NCBI GenBank assembly: GCA_040285855.1
Contig: JAUFOQ010000003.1
Location: forward strand, 1-64,000
DNA from: Eukaryota sp. GEM-RC1
Lineage: Eukaryota
Direction: 5' to 3'
Length of the DNA: 64,000 nt
Below, in pieces: positions 53,991 to 64,000 of the stretch (position 1 is its first letter; the number at the start of each line of letters is the position of its first letter). The notes under the pieces were generated by a model. The model ran no database searches and was not told the DNA's origin. It was given only the letters and a program-made list of their open reading frames with translations. A program made the position numbers and the translations under genes.

Positions 53991-54589
53991 ATTAACTTCT
54001 GCAAATACATTTATTTCACTGACTGATCATAAACCCCGTTTTTTTTGTGTATTTGTGTATTTTTTGTATTATATTTTTAGAGGTGGTGTATTTCCCAGTA
54101 ATGCCTCCAACACTAAGGAAATGAACTATCAACCAGGTCGTAAGCCAATGTAAAGAGGCCTTGGACACTACAAGCTAAATAAGGTGGTAGTGTTACGATT
54201 TATTCCGTATTGCGATTACAAAAATTGTGGAAACTGGCGGCTAACGAGCTAAATCCTTTTAATTCAATTGTAAAGTCTTTGTTTAATGCTGATATGGATG
54301 TCGCTTTTGTTTGTATGTGTTTGTTGTTGCCCAAATTGTCATTTGTATAATGGAATTTGGATGTAGTCATTTCCTTTAAAACACTACAGTCTGTTCTTCC
54401 CTTTTCTTTTGTGTTTTAATCACATTTTTCTTCCATTAGTAGTTGATGAAACTAATTCTGTATCCAAGTTGTTTGGTGCAATAACTACAATAACTACTTC
54501 TCGGAATGAGGTAGTTTGTTTGATAATTTGTTTTAATTATCTTTATTTATTTGTTGTTTTCTTGTTGTCTGCTATTCTCCACACATAAA

Positions 54590-55665
54590 TCCGCTTCTGT
54601 ACCAAAATTTAACCTAAAAAACAGGATTAAAAAAGTGGATTACCTTATCAAGGCTAACGGAAAATCTAAAGCCTTTGCTCTTTTATCTAGTCCACAGACT
54701 GCTATTTCTTTAGCTCCAGATGAGATTTATAATAAGTTAAAGGATATGAATCCTGAATCTCAAAAACTTTTTATTAAAAATAATAATATTCCAGCTGGTA
54801 TTACACTAGCAGAAGTTGAAGCGTCATTTGCTTCGATTTCTAAAACCTTAGAAGGTGGTGTTTCTCTTTGGAACTTATTTCAAATTCTGTGAAACCCAAT
54901 TTTAAAAATTTTTGTTCAATTTATCATCATTAGTTTTAAGTAACTCTCTACCTCGTCAGCTGCACAGAGCGTTGACTTCGTCACGTTTAGTGACAATTCC
55001 AAAAAACGAGGCTGGGACCAAAATTCGACCCATTTGTATCCCGGAACTTTTTTATAAAATTACTTTTAAGGCTCTTGCCTTAACTATTGTCAGTTCAGAT
55101 CTTGCTTTAGCTGGCCAACTTAGCGTTAAAGAAGAATCTGGAGCTGAGTCCATTATTGATGAGACTTTAAAATCAGGTCAGTACTCAAAATTTCAACTAA
55201 AAATCGACGTGGAGAATGCTTTTAACTCTATATCCAGTCAGTAATGATTTCATCTTTTAAAAACTTCAAAATTTCATTATTTCTTTTATTTCGCTTATGG
55301 AATATCTTCTGAGCAGACTTATCAAAATTTTGATATTTCCTTGCAATCTGGAGTGCGTCAAGGAGATTCAATGTTTTTCTTTTTCTTTGGGTATTCACCC
55401 AACAATTTTTAAAATTCGAAGTACTTTTCCTGATATTGCTGTTTTTGCATATCTGGATGACATCTTTGTTTTAACTAAACGTCAAAAAGACTTGGATAAT
55501 GCTTTAAATTTATTTTCTGAACATTTTTCAAAAATTAATCTTAAATTTAATAAAAGTAAGTGTGAGACACTTACTTGAGACAATCCTGGTGAAGCTATTG
55601 GTGGATTTGTCGGTAAAAACATTGATTCATGTATTTGTGACAAAGTTAATTCGATTTTAAGATAG
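54590..55665 (+). mobile_element. Degenerate CRE-like RT fragment
   Basis: KIRPICIPE, AGQL, DVENAFNS, GVRQGD, AYLDDIF. Confidence 0.85.
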
Positions 55666-57007
55666 GTTGCAAAGTGACAATTCTCGGTTGTTGTTACAGT
55701 AAACTCTCACACAAAATTAGTAAATCTGAATCGATCGAGAAGTATCATCATAGTCACAATAGTCAATCATGATCAATGAAGATTCTGAGTAGTTGAAATT
55801 ACTTCTTCCACCGAATAGAATCATCACTAGAGGATGACTTTTAAAAACTATAAGACATTCCTTTGTTTGAAAAAAGTATTTAATGTAAAATCATTAAATT
55901 TAAAGTCTAAGATAATCGAGCAATATTCAAACTGTTAATTTGAACCAATACTTATCAAAAGTTGATGAAACAAAGTGAAATTTACTAATGACCACTAGTC
56001 AAGAAAGAGCATTGTTTTAACTAGTCGAAACAACTAAATAACTCCCAATGATATTCTGAATTATCTAGCCACAACAATTAAACAACAATTAAAATATGAC
56101 ATAGAAAAGGATTCTAGAATTAATCGGAATTAGTAAAAGTCAAAAAGACCTTAAGAACATGTGAAAAAGAGATTCCATCAGTACTGATCCATAGAAACGT
56201 CATCAAAGAGAGAGAAAAGATCACGAGGACTGATAGAATGATTGGAATCACAAGACTCAAGGTTTCAAAAAATGATGGATTGATAAAAGAAGGATACGTT
56301 CATTAGAATGAGTGTCTTTAGATTCAGAAAAGTCCCAAACTATTGAGATGAGTGTTGCCACGTATAGTGACGTGTCATTGGTGTTATTTGATCTGTAGTT
56401 ATAAATAAAAACTCTTGTCTCTCTTTGTTCTTCTTGCCTAGACACGTGTTTCTGGCAACATGAGATAGAACTTCTTAAGAAGTGATAGTAAATCTGCCGC
56501 TTTGCATCACTTGAAAGAAATAGAAAGAAAAAACAAAAGATGTTATCAACAAGTAAGGCAAGTTGTAGACAAGCAAACAAGACAAGAACACTAGGTGAGG
56601 ATGTTAGACCTGAGAAAATGAAATAGATAGAGAGGTATAAGAGCAATCATTAAAAGAAGCATGCCTTTTCACTTGGGCATGGCGACGCTGAAAATAGAGT
56701 AGTTCTTGATGGCTTCATCATGAAGAAGCAGAATATCTGTGTGCATTCTTCGTCCATCATTCCTACTCTAAGTTCTTCATAGAGTGGTACATTCTTAAGA
56801 CGTATGGAATCTCCTTACAACTTAAGCGAAGTAAGGGGGTTCAGTGACAAAGTATTCCCATTTTTCTGTTCCCATGAAAGATGTTGCGAAACTATTACAA
56901 GATGTTATCTTTCTTGAAACTGTTAAGAATCAGATGTCCGTGAATAGTTAAGAAGTAGCAGATATGAAAGTAAGGTTGAGACTGAGTTATGAGTATACTG
57001 TTTTTCA

Positions 57008-57082
57008 ACCAAATGTTGTCATTACAAATGTTGTATCACCAAATGTTGTCATTACAAATGTTGTATCACCAAATGTTGTCAT
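57008..57082 (+). repeat. 30-bp tandem repeat x2.5 (five CAAATGTTGT cores) upstream of a TATA box
   Basis: accaaatgttgtcattacaaatgttgtatc repeated exactly. Confidence 0.9.
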
Positions 57083-57131
57083 AAAAATCATGATGATGTC
57101 ATAATGTCAAGTTGTCACTGTAGACAACATC

Positions 57132-57139
57132 TATAAATA
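57132..57139 (+). promoter_or_regulatory. Candidate TATA box of the Fanzor polyprotein locus
   Basis: TATAAATA 30 nt upstream of the ORF start. Confidence 0.45.
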
Positions 57140-57168
57140 GTTGAAATCCTTTTGAACTGTATCTTTTC

Positions 57169-59110
57169 ATGTTCCTTTGCTCTCAAACACCACAAGGTGT
57201 TTTGGTAGATAATAAGAGGATTAAGTTACTCGAGGCATCACCTGGTCTTTCCTTTCTGTTTTGTTTTTGTTTTCAACACCACAAGGTGTTTTGGATGATA
57301 CTGAGAGTATTTAGTTACTCGAGGCATCATTCTTCTTGTTTGTTCCCTTTGTTGTCACCTTCCAAACACCACAAGGTGTTTTGGATGATAATAGGAGAGA
57401 GATCCCTTTATGTGACAATAAATCAACAGTCATCACAGTTTGCTCATGATTTAACCACGGAAGGAGACATAGAGTCAAACCCTGGTCCTTTTGTTACTGA
57501 GGAAGGAATCACCACATTGAAGCCCTCCGTATGGCTCGATGATTCTGTTGTTGACTTTTATGGTGAGTACATCACCGAGAGTAGCGAGTTATGCCAGTTT
57601 TTCCGTATCGGGAATCTTCATGCTGCAGTGAGTTATGGCGATTTTGACACATTAGCTCTTGAATTTCTAAATGTTCAAAATTCAATGCGAGAGACTGGAA
57701 AAAGGTTTTTATTTATTCCAATAAACGATGGTGTCTTTCGCGGTACAGCAACTCATTGGACTCTACTTGTTTGTGACATTGATAGTACATCATTTTTTTC
57801 ACTTGATCCAATGTACACTGACAGTTCAACTCAACTTTCATTTGACGTTTTAACTCAAAATGATCAAGTTTTAAGTACATTACAGGAATATTTGCGTCAT
57901 TTTGGTAATTTTTCAAATTTAGGAAAGCTCCCAGTTATTAAACAGCAAACTCCCAACGACTGTGGACCATTTATCTTAATGTATATGCAAAGATTTGTTC
58001 ATTTGGCATCAACATCAGACAATTTCCAGGAAATTATGTTTCAAGTCCAAGGTTATGTCGATTATGATGCTTCTGAAATGAGAAAACAAGTTCTTAATCT
58101 AATAGCATCCACGCATCCTATTCCTTTTGCTATACTTGCTGTAAGTATTGTACATGAGTACTTTTCAAACAACATTCAAGCACATGTTCAAGAACACAGT
58201 ACTATAGTTCATTCAACCCCTTCCCATCAACAAATGAATAGATCTGCTGGTACTTCTGAAATAGCCGAACATCCAACAGTAGTTTCATCTCCTGATGAAA
58301 CTCGACAAGTGCCATTGACTATACCCAATCAACTTATAGACTCAAATCGTACAAGAAAAACTCGTCAATCTAGAAAATATCCTCCAAAAAAGAAGAAATT
58401 TTCTCAAAAATATCAAATTTTAAAACATCAACATCGTGGAATTCTAACACAATCTCGTCCTAGACCAATTTTACTAAGATCTAATCAAATTGATACTCTG
58501 AAACCCAATGTGCTGCTTCATGATTCTGTCATTGACTTTGTTGGTCAGTACATTGCTGAAAAGAGTAATCTATGCGAGTTCTTTGAAGTAGCCAACATTC
58601 AAGATGCTATTAATCTTTCACAATATAACATAATGTTTGCACAATTTAGAGAAGTTCAATTATCAATGGAAAAGTCCAGTAAAAGACACACTCAAAAGTG
58701 TAAGAAACGTTTCTTGTTTATTCCAATACATGACGGTCTCTTTGATACAACAGCCACTTACTGGTCACTGTTAATCTGTGATATTCAAAATAAACAATAC
58801 TTCTCTATTGACTCAATGTGTACAGAAGATCAACATTCTCAGATTTCTAACACTTTTATCACGTATTGACAATGTCATTTCACAATTACAGCAATTCCTG
58901 TTTGATATGGCAAATTTCAGCTACATAGCTAGAGTACCAGTTCAACAAGTCCAAACTCTCAATGCCTGTGGTCTATATATTCTAATGTATATGAATAAAA
59001 TTGTCGAGAGTGAATCAACATCAACAAATCTTTTGAAATTCTGTCTAAAGTCTCTAACTGTGTTGTTTATAATGCATTAGAAATGAGAAAACAAATACTG
59101 TCTCAAATCG
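57169..59110 (+). CDS. 2A StopGo peptide followed by two Ulp1/C48-family cysteine protease domains (second is frameshifted, His to Tyr)
   Basis: HDLTTEGDIESNPGP; LKPSVWLDDSVVDFY...FIPIN...HWTLL...LD...QQTPNDCGPF; the repeat has YWSLL...NACGLY. Confidence 0.85.
57184..57390 (+). repeat. About 89-bp tandem repeat with hairpin AACACC-acaa-GGTGTT, three hairpins
   Basis: aacaccacaaggtgttttgg at about 57186, 57275 and 57365; agttactcgaggcatca twice. Confidence 0.9.
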
Positions 59111-59734
59111 TTACTACTCACCCTGATGAAGATCACCCTGATGAATACCGACAATATGTATGTACTCATGCCCAAGGTATTTTAAATGAGTTTTATTCTG
59201 ATGAGATTGAATCACCTGTTAATCAACCTGTACAGTGTCGATCTGAAAGTTTAACTCCTGAAACAATGGTAGATGATAGTAGTTACAAGGAAACGGTATC
59301 AAAGCTCACTTGTCAAAACTTTCTCAAAAGTTTACCTGGAAATTTATCTAACCGGAAAAGAAACGTCTTTTGAAGTTAAAAATGATTGAACAAGCGCTGA
59401 AAGAAGCTGAAGAAATATTTCAAGAAAGTTATCATAACTTTAGTCGTCCAGAGTTAACAGATCTTCCAGAAATAAATTTACCAACTCCAAAAATAAATGT
59501 TGCTGCTTGTGAGAAACCTGATACAACAGAAACAGCAGAAACAATTGAGTCATCTGACACCACTGAACCAACAACAGCAACAGGTAATAGAAAGACAACA
59601 GTTGCCAAAAGGAAAACCACCAAACCAAAAGCAAGTGGAGTATCAAATGCGACAAAGACTTTGAAACCTCCTAAAAAGCCAATGATTGAGTTTCTGAAAC
59701 ATTCCCAATTACCAAATAACTCTAATCATTGTTC

Positions 59735-60450
59735 AATATTGTTTTTGATATTGAAACTAGAGAAATTGATCAAATCCCTGCAGAGACAGTTACACAGGAG
59801 TTGGACGATCAAAGAAAGAACGAGAATGAATCTCTCAAAATGAAAAGTGATGCAGAAAAAGAAGTGTGGATTCAAAACCAACAAGTTTTTATGATTTCTG
59901 GGGTGTTTGGTCATTTTATAAAAGATCAATTTTACCTTCAAGACAATTTTGTTGCAACTTTAGAGTTGACTCAAGAATCTGATGTTGAACTGCCACCTGA
60001 TTGTAGAAACCTTCGATTTTTTGAAAACGAAAAACAGTTACTAGAGTTTTTGTCAACTATTTGAATGATAAAAATCCCTCAGTTTTAACTGGATTTAACA
60101 TAACTGACTTCGATAATGTTGTTTTAGGCAACAGGATTGTTACACTTGGAGTCGACTTTCCAGAACCAATGCTAGATGAAACAACTAAATCTCATTTATC
60201 ATCTCTATGGCAAAATGTTTGTTCTGAATGGGCTGGTAGAATTGCCTGTGATTCATACGTTTATGCTAAGCAATTTATTGTTTCAAAATGTTCAAAGTCT
60301 TTAAGATCATTAAGTTGGTTTTTATTAAACGAATCTAAAGGACGTCTTCATGACGAATTTCACCACTTATTGCCTATTGATTGTGTTGATGAAAGACCTC
60401 AAGAAGTTGTAAACTATTGCTTCAAAGATAGTGTAATAGCATTGAAGTTG
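59735..60450 (+). CDS. DnaQ/PolB-type 3'-5' exonuclease domain (frameshift near 60060)
   Basis: ExoI VFDIET, FENEKQLL, ExoII GFNITDFD, ExoIII YCFKD. Confidence 0.8.
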
Positions 60451-60489
60451 TTTTTATTGTTTCAATCAAATAAAATCGTTCGCCCAACT

Positions 60490-62551
60490 TTTGTAACACA
60501 TAAAACTACACTAAAGTCTATTGTCAAACATTTTGGATTAACGCTATTACTCGATTATTATGCTCAGTTGGTTCACAAACTTAGAATGCACACTTCCTAT
60601 TGCTTGAAGCTGTTTTTATTACACATGGATAAGAATGGTGAAAAATTACCTTTAATTACAAGGAAAGAAGTAGAACATATTCAAACTCTGTTAAGATACA
60701 TCTCTGCTGAACATCATGAGATTGAATTATGTAATCAAGGACGACCTCCCACATATAATGATCACTTAAAAAACTTTGTTTTAGAAGAATACAAACAAGT
60801 AATGCTCAACAATGGAGGAATTCCACTCTTTCCAGCTGCTCATTCCTCACGGCTTATGGCAATGGTTGGTGAAACTATTAAATCGAATTTGGACACAAAC
60901 ATTAAAATGCGATATGCTCAATACATTGACAAATTTATTAATGTTTATTTTCAAAAGACTGATCAAGAAGAAACAATGTCAAAAAAAGAACAGTCTGTTT
61001 TTCGTTGGAGACTAAGACAAGTTAAAAATGTCTTTCTTGAAGGTAACAGAAATGACATTCCAAAAACCCCTGCAGAAATAAAACAATTTATTCAAAGATG
61101 TAATACAGAAATTCTTCAAGGCGACAGTAATAGAAGTTTGAACATTGCAGGTAAAATTAAACTTCTATGGGCAACAAACGACTATGTTGAAGGATTGTTT
61201 AGAGATAAATATTTTATTGATGTTCTCTTCCCACCATCAATTGATGTTCAAAATGCTAATGGTGTTTATAAAAAGAAAGTCGTTAAATCTCTACTAAAAT
61301 CAGTTCGTGAACATCCCCAGTCCTTTATTAAATCTGCGATTCAAATAAATAACTATCTTGAAAGTAAAGGAGCAAGTGCTTACAATGTAATTCCTATTAT
61401 TCGTCACGTCACACCAGGTTTCTTTGTCAAAACAAGTGAATGTCAAGAAGAAAATGTCTGATTGGAATACACAAACTGAAATTCAAAAATGTCTCCTGCT
61501 GAACAAAATCAATTCTGGTCTTACTTTTTCAACTTTAATCGTCCATTTATAAAGAAAGGCTATAAGTTTAACAATACCATTAAAACTGATGGTTTCTCTG
61601 CTTGTGTTGAACTTACCAAAGAGGACTGTGTGGGAATGTCCTTTAAACCAGACAGTGCAAAGTTCTCCAGTAAAGAAGAATATGTTCAAGACTATGATGT
61701 TGAAGAGTTTTCATTGAAAACAAAAGTTTTTATTGATCCTGGAAAAACAGATTTACTCTATTTTTGTTCAGAGAAAGTAAATAGGCCATTTCCTGAACAA
61801 AAAGCCCGTGAAATGAGAAACAAAGAATACGAGTGGCTAAGATTGACAGAGACAGAATGGTCCAGATGGTCAAGGGTCCATCAAAAGTTTAGAAGGGGAA
61901 AGAAAAAAGAATTCATTCTCCGAGATGGAAAGACAGTTGAAGAAGAAGAGTCAACATTGTCCATAGAAAATTCGAAATCGACTCTTTATGAAACCTTCTA
62001 TGACTATGTGGGTTCCAAACTAACAGTTATTGAATCAACATTTGATTACTACTGTTTGATGATATGGCGCATTCAAAAATGCAAAGATACGTCCATATTC
62101 AAAAAACAGAAAGTAAGTTGTTGAAAAATATGACTGCAAAAGGATGGAATAAAAATGACTGTGTATTGATGTTTGGTGACAATGGTAATAAGAGGCAGAA
62201 TCTAAAACACCTCCGATCAAGTAGAGGTGTGATGTGGAGAAACTTCTTTAAGAGAAATCGTTACAACCTTGTTCTCGTAGATGAGAGTTACACATCTTCA
62301 AAGTGTCCTACTTGTTGGGGGCCAGTCAAAGTGTTCAAAGAAATCAGTAATCCAAAACCATGGAAAGAGAGAAGAAACCTCTGGTAAAGTGTCACGCTTT
62401 GTTGAGATGTAAGTCCCAAGAATGTAGAGAAGAATGTCATGGTAGCGCCAAGGTTTGGAATCGTAACAAGTTGGCATGTATCAACATCAAAACCATTGTG
62501 GAGCATCATTTGGAGCGGGGTCTAGGAGTTAGACCCAGTTATTTGTCATAG
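60490..62551 (+). CDS. Fanzor (eukaryotic TnpB-like RNA-guided nuclease), disrupted
   Basis: KTTLKSI...LKLFLL N-terminus, IKTDGFSAC, RuvC-I IDPG, FGD, RuvC-II VDESYTSSKCPTC, LLRCKSQEC, RuvC-III WNRN..ACINI, terminal RPSYL. In frame with the exonuclease C-terminal half. Confidence 0.88.
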
Positions 62552-62715
62552 TCATAGTCATAGCGTTTTTACTACAGTGAATCTGTAGCATTATTGAATC
62601 TTAGAATTTGTCAGACATCTTCTCAGATTCATGGAAGTAGAGAAAATGGAAAAGTATAGCTGAGGATTTCCCAATGGAAACCCCTACCTATCTCAACTGT
62701 TGCTAATTTAGTCAT
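62530..62715 (+). ncRNA. Candidate Fanzor omegaRNA scaffold
   Basis: Three stem-loops directly after the stop: ctacag/ctgtag, tgaatct/agattca, tagctgag/ctcaactg with inner tttcc/ggaaa. Confidence 0.5.
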
Positions 62716-63144
62716 GTATGTTGTCTATGTGCAGATGTTACCCTATCAAACATCCTTAAATCAACGATACCATCATTGAAAACGTCATATAACGAATAAT
62801 ACGGTACACCACTAACATACCAAAGTCCGTTTATATAGAACAAGTGTTCTTCATTCAAGTTTCTTTTGTCCTTTATGGGATCTTGAAGAATATACATGTA
62901 CTATTTTACATTTGATTTTAAAGTTGATGTAATTACGACTATAACATTTCTGAATAATCATTTTCTTTAAAAAGGTTGATCAAGGACGCTGACGTGATTA
63001 CTGTTGTGTACCGGTAAAAGCGATGTAATTGGAGTAGCAAACTTTAGTAACATTCGAACAAGACAATCTGAGTCACAATCACGACCTCCAACGTCATCAA
63101 CAGCAGAAACATATACAATACTAAAATCATATCTAAAAGACAAG

Positions 63145-63620
63145 TTCAAAAAATCCTGATCATTAAGCTGGGAGCACAGACAACCTATTGAGACTGATCT
63201 TCCCGCTCTAGACAAAAGGGGAGAAAACACGTTGAGAAGACTTGAGTGTAAGAAGGAGAAATACAATGACTCCTAGAGTTCTGAGCAAGACCCAGTCAAA
63301 GAATAGAGAGTAGATACTAGATCTAGTTGAGATACTTATTGAGTACGAGTGGAAATAGTGTTCGGTAGAGCCTTGGCTTTCACTTCATAGGACTTATGTG
63401 TCAAATAAGTTTAACTTGTTTCTTCAAGAATTACAAACGTGTAACTACATCACCGAAGAGGAAAAGAAAGCGGTCATAGGAAGAAAGCTGTTGCAAAGGT
63501 CTGCTTCAAATGAGGCGAAACACGTGAACAGCAGATGTAGTTTAGTGCGTCATAGATTAAGGCTCCAGATCTTAGTGTTGTTATGAAGCAGTTGTACTAG
63601 TATGGTATTGAGATAACTTT
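63145..63620. repeat. Dispersed repeat, inverted diverged copy of about 52320-52755
   Basis: See the partner copy. Confidence 0.75.
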
Positions 63621-64000
63621 CGAACTAAGAAGAAAACTAGTGTTACGAGAAACGTACTTTGTTTTTAATAAAGAGGTGCTTTTAAAAAAAAGAAACGTAC
63701 TTTTGCAAATTTTAAAGATGTACATGCTATTTTTTTAGAAATTAATAATGTTATTGCAACAAATAAACCAGCATATATCACCAACGGTGAAACAATGATG
63801 GTCAAAGTCGGTAGACGAATTTAACAGAAATTTCTAGGATTTATCAGTAGTCATATAAGTTGAAGACACGGAGAAATTTCGAATGATTTAGTTCAAGAAC
63901 AAGGTTAGGTTATGAAATTGGCAATATCCTTTTGTTGGCTTGAAAGTGAGTTTTAGAGAATTATCTCACTCAAACTGTATCAATCTGTAGTATTTGGTGA

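Noticed and set aside
57184..57390. CRISPR array
   Set aside because: The sequences between hairpins are homologous to each other, there are only three hairpins, and the context is eukaryotic with no cas genes.
59729..61461. Complete family B DNA polymerase (Polinton or virus)
   Set aside because: Only exonuclease motifs are present; no polymerase palm motifs (DxxSLYP, YGDTDS) follow.
57121..62727. 10-bp inverted match TAGACAACAT / ATGTTGTCTA as TIRs of the Fanzor element
   Set aside because: Too short, does not extend, no TSD, and would exclude the upstream repeats.

Overview
AT-rich eukaryotic (probably protist) DNA spanning the end of a tandem rDNA array and its transposon-rich flank. 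Bases 1-32762 hold about 2.5 rDNA units on the minus strand (18S-5.8S-28S, 5S gene in the spacer, periods 15.9 and 12.0 kb). The 28S genes carry site-specific, ANTISENSE non-LTR retrotransposon insertions of CRE/REL type at two sites other than the R2 site. One is a 3.2-kb element with a 12-bp TSD in domain II. The other is a stack of 5'-truncated copies with 13-bp TSDs near the peptidyl-transferase centre, including a tRNA-like head fused to a LINE tail (SINE or template-switch chimera). The flank (32763-64000) is a graveyard of the same non-LTR families, including one inserted in an orphan 5S gene, plus a recent Ty3/Gypsy element with identical 98-bp LTRs. At about 57.0-62.7 kb lies a frameshifted polyprotein locus reading: viral-type 2A ribosome-skip motif, two Ulp1/C48 protease domains, a PolB-type 3'-5' exonuclease, a Fanzor (eukaryotic TnpB) RuvC nuclease, then a structured omegaRNA-like 3' end. 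All calls are by eye; no searches were run. Some frameshifts may be consensus errors, since homopolymer lengths vary between rDNA copies.
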